A stretch of DNA of 64,000 nucleotides from NCBI GenBank assembly GCA_965222375.1, contig CBDCTZ010000015.1, positions 1,280,001-1,344,000 of the forward strand, given 5' to 3'. The position numbers and the translations under genes are program-made. Origin of the DNA: Polyangiaceae bacterium (GTDB lineage: Bacteria > Myxococcota_A > Polyangia > Polyangiales > Polyangiaceae). The notes below the pieces were generated by a model. It was not told the origin of the DNA and did no database searches. It was given only the letters and a program-made list of their open reading frames with translations. Positions 51,950 to 62,666 of the stretch are shown in pieces (the stretch's first letter is position 1; each line of letters begins with the position of its first letter).

Positions 51950-52678
51950 TCAGGCGTCGTCTTCGCGGCCCGCGAGCTGCCGCTCCAGCTCGGCGACGCG
52001 CGCTTCGGCTGCTTCCTTGGCGGCGCGCTCGGCTTCCTTGGCGGCGCGCTCGGATTCTTCTCCGGTTAGCCAAACCTTGGTGCCATCGCGATCATCGCTG
52101 ATGCGGATCGGATCTGCCCACAGCCAAGCGTCTATCGCCTCGGAGAAGAAGGGCCCGGAGCCAAAGTGCATGCGCTCCAGCGCGTCGTCACGTCGCACCC
52201 ACTGCTGGATCGGCACTGGACCGCCAAGGGCGGTCGGTCCGCACAGCTCGGGATCGAGCACCCACAGCTCACCGACGCCGCTGGCCGCGTACTTCTCGTG
52301 GATGTCTCGATAGTCTTTGTACGGGTGGCCTTTGCTGACGACCTCGATGGCCAACCGCGGCGCCACGTGCCCGGGTTTCCACAAGCACAGGCTCGAGAGC
52401 TGTTCCGGATCTGGCGGCGCTGGAGTGATGAGCGCAACGTCGGGGTCGATTCCGACGCGCGGGTTGTCTTCATACCAGCGCAGCGCAAGGCTGCGCGTCA
52501 CGATGGCATCCATGGAGCTGCCAGCAACCCACGCTCTCATCAGTGCCACCAGGTAGTGCAGGAGCAAATCGTGGGCGTGGGACTCGGGCACAGGGATCTC
52601 GGGCAAGACCCACGCATCAGCTACCGGCCGCACGGCGTAGCGCAGCGCCACGACTGCTCGAGCATCGCTCATCGTCAT
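51950..52678 (-). CDS. Uma2 family endonuclease
   Basis: VPES..HD, DPDVAL, AIEVVS, YAASGVGELWVLDP, ERAAKEA repeats. Confidence 0.9.
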   Translation of the reverse strand: MTMSDARAVVALRYAVRPVADAWVLPEIPVPESHAHDLLLHYLVALMRAWVAGSSMDAIVTRSLALRWYEDNPRVGIDPDVALITPAPPDPEQLSSLCLWKPGHVAPRLAIEVVSKGHPYKDYRDIHEKYAASGVGELWVLDPELCGPTALGGPVPIQQWVRRDDALERMHFGSGPFFSEAIDAWLWADPIRISDDRDGTKVWLTGEESERAAKEAERAAKEAAEARVAELERQLAGREDDA

Positions 52679-53046
52679 CAGTGTACCTCGCGTGGGGGGC
52701 GTTGGCCGCTCAGGCCTCTGCATGCCCGGTGCCAGGCGAAACGCCCGGTGATCCAGGCCAACCGCGGTAACAATGTCAGCAGGCGCCAGCGGCTATCGCC
52801 AGGCGCGGGCACTCGGGTAATCGCGGCGGCGCACACGCAGCCGCTCGCCATTGGCCAGCTCGGGCCGGGGCAGCTCTCGACACTGCTTGTCGGCGACGAC
52901 TGCGCGACACTCGAGCGACGTCGTCGTTCGCGCGCTCTTCGATCACGGGCACGATTTCATCCTCGCGGGAAGAGACGCACCCCATCGGGAACGGGTAGTT
53001 CCCGACCCGTTCGCGTCCGCCGGAGCGAAGGCGCGCGAGCGCTGGA

Positions 53047-53865
53047 TTACGGCGTGGGGTCGTTGAAGATTCGCACCTCGTCGATGACGCCCTCAGTCTT
53101 CTTCCCGGCTCGGGAGCCGACCTGCAGGAAGCCGTTCTTGTTGCCGGTTGGCGGTCCATCGAAAGCACTGCCCTGGCCCTTGGTGCCGGCAACGGCGTCC
53201 CCGTTGACGCTGAGCTTGATGTCGGGAGTCGGCAGGCCGAAATCCCAACTGATCGCAAAGTGGATCCAGTTGCCTGCCGTGGGAAACCCAGAGGTGGGGA
53301 AGAGCAGCCTGTAGAAATTGTCCGTGGACTTTTCGAATCGGACTTCCAGAGACGTATCGTCGAACTTGATGACTCGGAAGCGAACCGCACTGCCCTCACC
53401 ACCCCGCAAGAGGTAGCGTTCCTCCGCGATGCTCCATTGGAAGTCCGGCTTGAAGCGAAACTCGACTCGGCCTCTTTGGTAGTAGATGGCGGCCGTTTCT
53501 GGAAACTGGGCGTAGCTGGCACCGTCCAATGGCCGCATGCCCTTGTCACAGAAGCCGTCTTGATACGTGGGCGTGCCGACAGGCGTGCCCGGCGAACCAT
53601 GCTCGGGTGCGGTGATGGAGGAATCATCATCCAGAGTGCTGTGCAATAGCAGCGCTGCCATGGGTGGAGCCGCGCAATCGCCTCCTGCGTCAGCCGCCGC
53701 GTCTGACGCACCGCCAGAGCCTCCTGTCGCAGCGCCCGAGCCGCCACCGGCTCCAGCGGTCCCACCGCTATCCGCTCCAGCATCCTTTGGACTCACGGAT
53801 CCAGAGCTGGAGGAAGAACAAGCCGCGGTAATGGCTAGCAAGGAAAGAAGGACGGCCGCTCGCAT
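53047..53865 (-). CDS. LamG/concanavalin-like lipoprotein
   Basis: TAAC lipobox; RGRVEFRFKP, WIHFAISW, GVIDEVRIF. Confidence 0.8.
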   Translation of the reverse strand: MRAAVLLSLLAITAACSSSSSGSVSPKDAGADSGGTAGAGGGSGAATGGSGGASDAAADAGGDCAAPPMAALLLHSTLDDDSSITAPEHGSPGTPVGTPTYQDGFCDKGMRPLDGASYAQFPETAAIYYQRGRVEFRFKPDFQWSIAEERYLLRGGEGSAVRFRVIKFDDTSLEVRFEKSTDNFYRLLFPTSGFPTAGNWIHFAISWDFGLPTPDIKLSVNGDAVAGTKGQGSAFDGPPTGNKNGFLQVGSRAGKKTEGVIDEVRIFNDPTP

Positions 53866-53890
53866 TCTACGTTAGCTTAGCGCGTTAGCG

Positions 53891-54076
53891 TTGCGACGAA
53901 AAGGGGCTGTGGCCATGCGGATCTGCGTCAGCTCCTGGGCGACTACTGCCGCAGACGTGAAAGCAAGCCTGACGGTGATGATTCGCCTCGCGAGGCAGGT
54001 TGGCGTGGCCGGCGCGACTCCCAGGTCCGCCGTCGACGTTGACTGCGGCTCGGTCGCGGGAGTTTGTCGGTATTGA
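53891..54076 (+). pseudogene. C-terminal remnant of a PLP-dependent decarboxylase/aminotransferase
   Basis: AMRICVSSWATTAADVKASL resembles the family's C-terminal RISVS.W.T...DV motif; no upstream body. Confidence 0.55.
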
Positions 54077-54118
54077 GTCTCCGCTCAGGCCGCTCGCGCA
54101 ACCGGTATAGAAGGGCTC

Positions 54119-54973
54119 ATGAAGTTGCATCGTGGGTCCATCGTCGCGGCGGCCGCGTTCGGTTGTTTGGGCTGCGGCGCCGCACCACCTCCAACGCCGG
54201 TGACCGAGGCGGCGCCGACAGAGCAGAAACTTGTCTGGCTCCAGGACTTCCTTGTCCACCCCAGCGCCATGCACGTACCGCGGGACCGCCCGCTACGAAG
54301 TTGCGAAAAGTCGTTGGTCGCGCAAGGCCCGGCCCAGGCATTCGATCTCGACGTGCATCCTTCAGCGGGTCGGGAAGTGGTTGTCGTGGGCTCTCAGGTG
54401 CTGTTCGTGCTCGACTCCGACTGCAACCGCCTGCTGCACCGAGTCGCGACGGGCACGTTGCGGGGGAGCCACATGATTGGACCGACCTTCGATGATGTCC
54501 CGTGGACAAAGCTCTCGAAGACGCAGCAACGGCGGTATTTCGCCACGGACCGCGTGGGTGCGGGGATCGAATTCCAGTTGAGCGTGTTTTCCCTGACACC
54601 ACGAACGAAACCTCCCTCGCGGCTAATCTTGGTCCTGACCATTGGGGCGGCTGGGGAAGGCCGTTTTGGCTACGATGCTCTTTGGATCCGGTGTTCGGCT
54701 CGAGGTTGCGCCACGATGCGCATGGGACACAGGGAGTGGACGACCGCGGGCTCGGTTTCTTGTGCGGGGCAACGGGCGGCCATGGATCAAAACGGCATGC
54801 CGGCGGTCCGGGTCCGCACCGACCACGATACGATCGAAGTGCATCAGTACTACTTCGCTCGTGTGGATGACTGTAGCTTGGAACCGCGGCGGGCCACTTG
54901 GCTACGGGGCATGCGCTGGGAAGGCACAACACCAACACCGTTGCCTCGGCCCCCCGGCGCCACCGAGCCCTGA
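54119..54973 (+). CDS. Hypothetical lipoprotein
   Basis: CLGC lipobox. Confidence 0.55.
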   Translation: MKLHRGSIVAAAAFGCLGCGAAPPPTPVTEAAPTEQKLVWLQDFLVHPSAMHVPRDRPLRSCEKSLVAQGPAQAFDLDVHPSAGREVVVVGSQVLFVLDSDCNRLLHRVATGTLRGSHMIGPTFDDVPWTKLSKTQQRRYFATDRVGAGIEFQLSVFSLTPRTKPPSRLILVLTIGAAGEGRFGYDALWIRCSARGCATMRMGHREWTTAGSVSCAGQRAAMDQNGMPAVRVRTDHDTIEVHQYYFARVDDCSLEPRRATWLRGMRWEGTTPTPLPRPPGATEP

Positions 54974-55311
54974 GCCGTTGACCGGAGCGACCATGCCTCG
55001 GAGCATGCCGAGGTGGAACGTGCGCAAGGCGTGCAGTCCCGCGTCGGATCCGCACACTACCGACGGCAAAAAAGCTGGCATGCTGTGCCAGACCAGACGC
55101 GACTCGGCGGAGTGGCGATCGCAAACGCTAGTGCTGACGCACAAGGCACAAAACGGCAAGTACAACGCGGCGCGTGGTTCCGGTATGCCGCAACATACCG
55201 TTCGAGTATTTGCGCTCGGTGAGGAAAGACCACAAAGAACCCCAGCGTAGGCTGAGATGAAACGCGCACCAACACGTTGCGCCCTCGGCCTAGTCACCAG
55301 AAGGAGCGGTC

Positions 55312-56751
55312 ATGAGAAGGTACTTGAACGGCCTGTCGCTACTCACATTCATCGCGGGTGTGGGATGCGGAAGTGATTCAGATTCGTCGACGTCGAGCGC
55401 GGGGGGTGCGGCTGGCGCGGCGGGAAGCGCCGGCGCCGCCGGTGTTGTAGGGTTCGGAGGCAGCGGAGGAAAGTCGGGAACGGGTGCGACAGGAGGTGTC
55501 GGCGGCGCACTGGGTGGCAGTGGCGGCAGCGGGGCCGTTTCAGGAAGCGGCGGCTCGGGCGGAGCTGGAGTTGGCGGGACGGGAGGCGCGTCGGGAGGCG
55601 CGGGGGGCACTGGCGCGATTGCGGGAAGCGGCGGCACCGGGGGTGCGTCGGGCGGAGGTGGTGGGACTGGCGGCAGCGGCACCTTGACAGCAACGGCGAT
55701 CGGGGCTGGCAGTCGCCACAGCTGTGCGCTGCTCACGAACGGTGCGGTGAAGTGCTGGGGGGGCAATATCAACAACCAGCTCGGCAACGGCAACGCTTTC
55801 GTGCTCGAACTCACACCGGATAGTGTCTCGGGCCTCAGCGCCGGCGTCACTGCCATTGCGGTCGGGGCGGAACACGGTTGCGCAACCGCCGCGGGCGGCG
55901 CCGCGAAATGCTGGGGCTACAACAAGGAGGGCCAACTCGGCAACGGCACCACGGTCACTCCGCTCGTGCCCGTCCCTGTCTCCGGACTCAGTTCCGCCGC
56001 TGCCGGTGTTGGAGCTGGGCTCGAACACTCCTGCGCGGTGACCAACGCCGGTGCTGTCAAATGCTGGGGCGCCAACTCCAGGGGCCAGCTCGGCGATTCA
56101 ACCACGACCGATCGACACACCCCCGTCAATGTCGCCGGGCTCGGCTCTGGAGTCACCAGCGTCGCAGCGGGGTGGTCGCACACCTGCGCGCTGACAAAAG
56201 CCGGCGCCGCGAAGTGCTGGGGGTCGAACGACCGTGGCGAACTCGGTAGTGGTACAGGCTTCAGCAAGGTTCCCGTGGATGTCGTCGGGCTCAGCTCAGG
56301 AGTCAGCGACATTGCTCTAGGGGATCGCCACACCTGCGCGGTGACCGTAGGCGGCGTTGTCAAGTGCTGGGGAAGAAACTTCGAGGGGCAGCTCGGTGAC
56401 GGCACCAAGGAGAATCGTGCCACTCCGGTCAAGACAGCGGCGCTCAGTTCAGGAGCCGTGGCCGTTGCAGCTGGCAGCGAGCACGGCTGCGCAGTGACCA
56501 GCGGCGGTGGCGTGAAGTGCTGGGGGAAGAACACCCACGGCCAGCTCGGCGATGGCACCCAAACAGACCGACTGATCCCCGTCAGTGTCTCCGGTCTCAA
56601 GTCAGGAGTCATCGCGATCACCGCCGGGGCCGCGCATACGTGCGCTCTAACGTCCACCGGCTCCGTTATGTGCTGGGGCTCCAATTGGCGCGGGCAGCTC
56701 GGCGACGACAGCCTCAAGGATCGACTCACTCCCGTCGCCGTCAAGCTGTAG
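55312..56751 (+). CDS. RCC1-repeat lipoprotein
   Basis: Seven AG..H.CA....G.VKCWG.N..GQLG repeats after a Gly linker. Confidence 0.93.
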   Translation: MRRYLNGLSLLTFIAGVGCGSDSDSSTSSAGGAAGAAGSAGAAGVVGFGGSGGKSGTGATGGVGGALGGSGGSGAVSGSGGSGGAGVGGTGGASGGAGGTGAIAGSGGTGGASGGGGGTGGSGTLTATAIGAGSRHSCALLTNGAVKCWGGNINNQLGNGNAFVLELTPDSVSGLSAGVTAIAVGAEHGCATAAGGAAKCWGYNKEGQLGNGTTVTPLVPVPVSGLSSAAAGVGAGLEHSCAVTNAGAVKCWGANSRGQLGDSTTTDRHTPVNVAGLGSGVTSVAAGWSHTCALTKAGAAKCWGSNDRGELGSGTGFSKVPVDVVGLSSGVSDIALGDRHTCAVTVGGVVKCWGRNFEGQLGDGTKENRATPVKTAALSSGAVAVAAGSEHGCAVTSGGGVKCWGKNTHGQLGDGTQTDRLIPVSVSGLKSGVIAITAGAAHTCALTSTGSVMCWGSNWRGQLGDDSLKDRLTPVAVKL

Positions 56752-57164
56752 GGTTGATCGACACTGCTGTACCGACATGGCACGACGTCGCAGGCCTGGC
56801 CATTAGGATAGCTCTCGGAATACGTGACCGCTTGCTCATGGCGGAACAGTATCGAGTCAGTGCTACTTTCGATTTCCACGCTCCAGTCCGCGAGAGCGAG
56901 AGCGTGCGCGGCGTGACCCGCGCTTCGCGGTTGTCAACGAGCGGCGTGCCAGGTGGCTGTGGAGCGAAACGCCCCGGGGCCCACATGGTGGCGAAAGCGA
57001 CGCGCCGCTGGCGCTTTCGCCAGGGCAGTCGCGCTCCGGCCGGCGGAGCCGGACTTGGGTTGCGCCGACGTCCCCCAGGCCAGCCCGAACTGGAACGTCT
57101 GGGCCGAATGGCGAACTCGCTTACCGGCACTAGTGAAGTGGCAGCGGCGAAGACCTGCCTGGAG

Positions 57165-58397
57165 TCAGCCGGGAGCCAGGCCGTAGCGCTGCAGGACCGA
57201 CTCGCCCGCCACGGAGCGCTGAATCACCCAGATGTGGCCGCCTACGACGGCAAGGGGCCAGGGCCCACAAAACGGACCGCCGGGGTCGAGTTTCGCGGTT
57301 CGCTTCGCTCCTGTGGCCAGCTCGAACACGCTGGCCGAGCAGCCCGCCTTGCGCTCGATCACCGCAACCCAGCCGTCTCCGAAAGCGAGTCCACCGGGAT
57401 CGTTGACGGGTGCGAGAAGCTGCTTGCTGCCTTCTAGCTGGCTCAAGTCAGATGAGTACTTCGCTATGAAGAGCTCGTGGGAGGACGCCGATCCTGTGGC
57501 CGCCCTCTCCAGCCAAGCCGCCCAGCCGCCGGCCGCGTTGAACTGAACCATTGGTGCCGGCGCTGGCAAGAACTCGCCGCTGCTCGCGAGTTGGTAGGTT
57601 TGACCGGGATTGTCAGAGGCATACACATCGCCACCGACAGCGCGCGTCAGGCGTAGCTTGACCGCAGGACCATAGGTCGAAACGTCCGGCGACCCGTCGA
57701 AGGCGAAACGATGAATCAAGCCATCCGATTGAATGGTGGCCATGATCTGGTCCGTCGCTATTGGGTGAGTCAAGGCGGTCAGATCGGCAACCGTTTCCCG
57801 AAGGACCAGCGGTCCCATCGGCGCCGAATGAGACGTTCGCCCTACCGACAACGGGTCGTTGCCGGAGACAACCGCCAGCACGGAAACTTGTTCGTGCGAG
57901 ATAGCGGGTGTGATCAAGCAGTGCAGGGGGTTAGAATGAAACACGCCCTCTTCTGGAGCGTTTCCGCTATTCCTCACCGCCAAGCTCGGCCTTCCCGACG
58001 CGATCTCGAACACCACGGCTTCCGCGGGCAGCTGGTCCCGGGGATCCTCAAGCCACCCTCGGTGGACAACCAGGAGTCGACTTGCGACCCCTGACGGGTC
58101 GAATGCGACGCTGTAGTCGAACGTGGAAAGGCCGGGGCGACCAACGCCAGCGCTGAACTTCAATTCCTCACAACCAGCCATTCCAGACGCACAAGGAATG
58201 AACTGCAGAGGCTTGTACTCTTCTTCGGGCACTGCAGCAGCGGACGCTGTGCAGCGGTCACCGAGACCCTCGATTCGAGTGAAACCGGGCCACGGCGAAG
58301 GGACTAGCCCCTTTGAAGGGTCCTCGGACGCAGAGCAGGCTGCAAGCCCCACAACCAGTGAAAGTGCGCCCAACGGACGTGTTGTCCACCTTTGCAT
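57165..58397 (-). CDS. Hypothetical lipoprotein
   Basis: LAAC lipobox; 410 aa. Confidence 0.7.
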   Translation of the reverse strand: MQRWTTRPLGALSLVVGLAACSASEDPSKGLVPSPWPGFTRIEGLGDRCTASAAAVPEEEYKPLQFIPCASGMAGCEELKFSAGVGRPGLSTFDYSVAFDPSGVASRLLVVHRGWLEDPRDQLPAEAVVFEIASGRPSLAVRNSGNAPEEGVFHSNPLHCLITPAISHEQVSVLAVVSGNDPLSVGRTSHSAPMGPLVLRETVADLTALTHPIATDQIMATIQSDGLIHRFAFDGSPDVSTYGPAVKLRLTRAVGGDVYASDNPGQTYQLASSGEFLPAPAPMVQFNAAGGWAAWLERAATGSASSHELFIAKYSSDLSQLEGSKQLLAPVNDPGGLAFGDGWVAVIERKAGCSASVFELATGAKRTAKLDPGGPFCGPWPLAVVGGHIWVIQRSVAGESVLQRYGLAPG

Positions 58398-58555
58398 GGG
58401 TGCGAGTGTAGCGGATCCCGCGGGATCTGCCTAAGTGGTACTGGGAGAGTTGAGCAGAGCTTGTACGAGTCGCTCGCCACCAGAGCGTTGCAAGCCCCTT
58501 CCGCATCGATAGCGAGTTCGAGTCGACGCGCCTCGTGGTATTCGGTTGGATGGGG

Positions 58556-58596
58556 TTGGGTCGCGGAGCTGTGTCGGCGTGGGTTCACTACTCCCG
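58556..58596 (+). repeat. Dispersed bipartite motif copy
   Basis: TTGGGTCGC-N15-TGGGTTCACTACTCCCG. Confidence 0.75.
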
Positions 58597-58751
58597 CACC
58601 GCAGCACAGTTGTGCAGTTTTTGCTCAACCTCTTTGCACGCAGTTGACGTAGATCATTCAAGCGACGGCGCAGCGCACACTCTCGTACTTCTCTTGCGTT
58701 GAGCGTACGGATTGCAGACGCATGGTTGAGAAGTTTCGGTATTGTAGCTGG

Positions 58752-60411
58752 ATGCGGGTTCGCACGCCCGACAACTCCGTTGATGCGCGCTGTGCAATGT
58801 CGTGCGCCCTGCTCGTGCTCGGCGTGATCGCGTGCAGCAGTGATCCACCGGGCGGGCCGAGTTCGGGTGGGCCCCCGGACGCGATGCTCGAGTTCGACGC
58901 GAATGCGATTGGTGGCGCGACTAGCACGGGTGGAGTTGGCGCCTTTGGAGGCTTTGGTGCTGTTGGAGGAATGGCGGGCACAGGCGGCAACGGTGCAACC
59001 GGTGGCTTCGGTGGGTCGGCCGGAACTGGCGGCAGCAGCGCGTACTGCGACGGCACACCGACGCCATGTTCGATCTTGACTGATACGCAATGCCCAACGG
59101 CCACCGGGTGCAGCTTGAAGGGCGATTGCAAAGGCGTATCGAGCTCTTGCTACTCCCAATTCTCCCACTTTTCGTGCATCTCCCAACAAGGGTGCATTTG
59201 GAGTTCTTCGAGCAAGAAGTGCAGCGGTAGCGCATGGAGTTGCGGCCTCATGAGCGGTTCTTCGAGCTGCTTCTCGCAGAAGGGTTGCTCCAGCGTGCGC
59301 TGGTAACGAGGTGTGCTCCGGGGGCAAGTGCATGTGCCCGAACCCCATTGTGGGGAGTGCGCTGAGATTGACGACGACCTCCACGCGAACGCACAACGCC
59401 GCGTCGGCTTGGAACGGAACCCATGTCGGCGTCGTGTACGAGGAAGACACGGCGTCGGGTGGTGTCTTTTTCGCGTTGCTAAACGCTGACGGCACGCGCG
59501 CAAAGTCCCCGGACGTGCAGATCGAGAGTCAGCCCACGAAGCCGATCCAGTATCCAGACATCACGTGGAACGGCAGTGAGTTCGGGGTGACCTGGTTGCG
59601 CTCAAACGGCGTCATGTTCCGACGATTGGGTCCGGACGGCACGCCGAAGGCGGCGGCGGTCAATCTCCACATCGCCGGCAATATTTCCCTTCCCCAGAAC
59701 CCGCCACGAATCAGTTGGTCACCGGTCTACGGAGGGTACGCAGTGGCCACTCCTAGTTCGGGCGGTGTCTACTTCCAGCGCATCGGGACCGATGGCACCG
59801 CACCAGATCCAGTGAACATCACACCAACCGGTTCGGCATACAGCCGTCCGGGCATGGCTATTTCGCCGACGGGTGAGTGGGGGATCAGCGTGACCAACAA
59901 CGCCTCGATCAAGCTCGCCTTCTACAACCCTGACGGGTCAAAAACCAAGCCCGTGTCCGTTCTCGACCCGTCTTCAGCATACTACAGCTTGCCAAACGAC
60001 CTGCTACATGACGGTTCAACTTGGGTGACCACTTGGTTCCGGAACGACGGCAACGTGATGGTCAACCGCGGCGCCGCGCCAAACGTGCCTTTGTCGGTCG
60101 TCAACAAGACTCTAAGCGGCCCCCCGCCGCCGCGTACGAGAGTGAGAAGCATCCTCTCTAGTGCGGGCACGTACGAACTCGTGGAACTTCGCCAGTCCCT
60201 GATCCGGCTCTACCGATTCTCGCTGGCTCAAACTGGCCCCACGAGCTTGACGGCCCTAACCGCCGAGACCCTCGTCCTTCCGACGCCAAATGGGGTCAGC
60301 CTGGACGCCGCGACCGCCGGACCAGGCAAGCTCCTCATCCTCTGGTCCGATGACCGCTGGGGCGCGGAAGAACTCTACGCCGCGCCCGTGGATCTTCAGA
60401 GCTGCCCCTGA
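58752..60411 (+). pseudogene. Cys-rich plus beta-propeller-like lipoprotein split by a frameshift near 59295
   Basis: ORF1 ends QKGCSSVRW*; the ORF2 frame reads ACAGNEVCSGGKC across the junction; WNGT/WNGSEFGVTW blades. Confidence 0.65.
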
Positions 60412-60430
60412 GCGGCGTCCGCGGCCCGGG

Positions 60431-60472
60431 TCGAGAGTAGTGGCCCAACGACGTGCAGGGTCGCGACCCCAA
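60431..60472 (-). repeat. Dispersed bipartite motif copy
   Basis: TTGGGGTCGC-N14-TTGGGCCACTACTCTCGA. Confidence 0.85.
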
Positions 60473-60555
60473 TCCCCCCACCCCAAACCGTCCAAGAGCG
60501 CAGGGCGCAGACCGCACCAAGCTGGCCCGCGCGCCAACCGCAGCGCGCAGCCGCC

Positions 60556-60864
60556 TCACCCATTTAGCCCAAGTGCAAACTTCAGCGCATCGTCCAGCTG
60601 TTCGACCTTCGCCTTGGATAGTGTGCCGGCGCGTTTCAATAGGTCGGCCTTGGGCACGGTCACGAGCCAGTCGCAATTGACGACGCCGGTTTTCGGCAGG
60701 CCTTCGCTCTTGCCCACCCGAACCTCGACGGCAAAGCCCCGAATCGTCGTGGAAACCGGTACGGCAATCACCATCGCGCGCACCTCGTAGGCTTCCGCTC
60801 GGGACACCAGAACGATGGGGCGCTTCTTGTCCAGCCGAGCCCACCAGATTTCGCCGCGCTTCAT
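60556..60864 (-). CDS. PemK/MazF family toxin
   Basis: MKRGEIWW...KKRPIVLVS...VPVST...GL.KTGVVNCD. Confidence 0.93.
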   Translation of the reverse strand: MKRGEIWWARLDKKRPIVLVSRAEAYEVRAMVIAVPVSTTIRGFAVEVRVGKSEGLPKTGVVNCDWLVTVPKADLLKRAGTLSKAKVEQLDDALKFALGLNG

Positions 60865-61127
60865 GAGTCGTCCCACTCGACCTGATCCATCGAGCGGCGC
60901 GCCAGATCCCGCGCGGCGCATTCGTCTTCGCCGGTCTCCGGAAAGCGTCGGTAGGCCGCAACGTACTCGCTCGCGAGGCGTCGCTCTTCCTCGACCTGCA
61001 GGAGCTCTCGCAAAGCCCTGGCCATCAGGGCGCTGCGAGATTCCCCAGTCGTTTTTCGCAACCGCTCGGCTTCTTTCAGGAGGTCTCGATCCAGGCTGAT
61101 GGCGACCTTATGTGCGTTTCGCGCCAC
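60861..61127 (-). CDS. RHH antitoxin
   Basis: KVAISLDRDLL...SRSALMARAL...Y.AAY; ATGA overlap with the toxin. Confidence 0.88.
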   Translation of the reverse strand: MARNAHKVAISLDRDLLKEAERLRKTTGESRSALMARALRELLQVEEERRLASEYVAAYRRFPETGEDECAARDLARRSMDQVEWDDS

Positions 61128-61315
61128 GGTATGAATTTATCATACCGACCCACTCCGCGCAATCGACGCCGGTTGCGCGGGCGGGGGTCGATAGAAGCCC
61201 CTGCTCGAAGCCTCGCCTATCCCACCCGTCAGCCACCGTCTCCGTTCCTGCGCGATCCACCTACATAAGCCGGATTGGCTTTGCTTCGGCGCGCCTGGCC
61301 CGTCATTCTTCACGG

Positions 61316-61906
61316 ATGCGCACGACTACTTCTCTTACAGCTGTGATCATCTTGGCGTTTGGGGCTCCCGCTTGCGGTGGGTCGAGTGACACCGGGGGCG
61401 GCGGCTCGGGCGGCGGCAGCGCTGCGGCGGGCGGCAGCGGCGCGTCTTCGGGTTCGTCCGGCGCCGGCGGTGGCAGTGCGGGTTCTGGTGGTAGCTCGGC
61501 TGCCGGTGGCAGCGCGGGTTCCGGCGGGGGCACTGCGGGTGGTGGAAGTGGCGGAACCTCCGGCGGAGCGGGCTCGGGGGGCTTCGGCGGCGTAGCTGGC
61601 GCGGGCTGCACGGAGCTGGTGACGAAGTACGCGGCAGCGCTCAAGGAAGCGAAGAAATGCGATTCCTCCATCGACGTGCCTCAGTGCACGGACAAAACGA
61701 GTGACTCTTTGTTGTGCGGCTGCCCGACTTTCTACAACCCCGCGAACAAGGCGGCGGTCAGCGAGCTGGCCACCTTGAGCAAGCAAGCCACGAGCATGGG
61801 CTGTCAGGTGCCATGCCCCGAGATCGCCTGCTTCGAGCCCCAAGGCGCGACATGCGTGGCGACCGGCGCAGGGACGCCGGGTGAGTGCAAAGACAAGACG
61901 AACTGA
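61316..61906 (+). CDS. Gly- and Cys-rich lipoprotein
   Basis: APAC lipobox; CGCPTF motif. Confidence 0.75.
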   Translation: MRTTTSLTAVIILAFGAPACGGSSDTGGGGSGGGSAAAGGSGASSGSSGAGGGSAGSGGSSAAGGSAGSGGGTAGGGSGGTSGGAGSGGFGGVAGAGCTELVTKYAAALKEAKKCDSSIDVPQCTDKTSDSLLCGCPTFYNPANKAAVSELATLSKQATSMGCQVPCPEIACFEPQGATCVATGAGTPGECKDKTN

Positions 61907-62037
61907 GGCCGCACGCCAACCGACTCACGCTCGAGGGTCCGCCTTCCCGAAGGGCCGCGACTCATTTGAGCGGAGGTGATCCGCGTCTGGCGAGCACCAG
62001 GTCGTCTTTTGGCAGCCCGACTGCTACGCTCAGCGTC

Positions 62038-62340
62038 GTGGCGGCGCTGCCCTCGGAAGTCCAATGGTTGTTCTGGGAAACGGATCCGTCCCTCTTGGAC
62101 ACGGAGACGAACCGAAGGGACATTCTGGCGCGCGTCCTCGAACGCGGTCGTCTAGTGGACGTGGCCTGGGCCCGACACTGCTACGGCGAGGCGGGCATTC
62201 GTGAGTTTTTTTTGGCGGGTCATCCTGAAGTGAGCGACAAGACTCGCCATTTCTGGCAACTCGTTCTCGAAGCTGAGGGAGAGGAATGGCCCGAGCTGTC
62301 ACGCTCACGAGCGAGCAGCACCGCGCCCTGGATCGACTAG
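62038..62340 (+). CDS. DUF6922-like putative antitoxin
   Basis: LP..VQWLFWE....LD......ILARVLERG...D..W. Confidence 0.75.
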   Translation: MAALPSEVQWLFWETDPSLLDTETNRRDILARVLERGRLVDVAWARHCYGEAGIREFFLAGHPEVSDKTRHFWQLVLEAEGEEWPELSRSRASSTAPWID

Positions 62341-62666
62341 CGCAAGTAGCGGTGTTGGAAGCTTTCTACTTGGCAGGAGGCAGTGCGGTTGCTGTTCATC
62401 TTGGTCACAGAACCTCCGTCGATCTCGATCTGTTCAGTCGAGGCAGCGATGTTTCATTGGACGAAGTCAGGTTGGCCCTGGCTACGCCCATTCCAGACTT
62501 CGAAGTTGTATCGCTGACCGACGCAACGCTACATGGGCGCTTGCACGGAGTCGCTGTCGACATAGTGCGCTACCCCTTTGCGTCTCTCGAACAACCGCAC
62601 ACGGATCTTGGCCAGCTAACCGTTGCATCTCTGCTAGCTTCGCTGCCCACAGGAGACCATGACTGA
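62286..62666 (+). pseudogene. AbiEii-family nucleotidyltransferase, C-terminally truncated
   Basis: FYLAGGSAVAVHLGHRTSVDLDLF is present, but the ORF ends before the K..A...RG..RDF.DL motif. Confidence 0.8.

Noticed and set aside
56760..56880. Minus-strand YSESYPNGQACDVVPC fragment
   Set aside because: Probably a lipoprotein C-terminal remnant, but too short to call.
58556..60472. Bona fide Tn3-family element bounded by the motif
   Set aside because: No 5-bp target-site duplication, G-run length varies and there is no transposase; kept only as a hypothesis.
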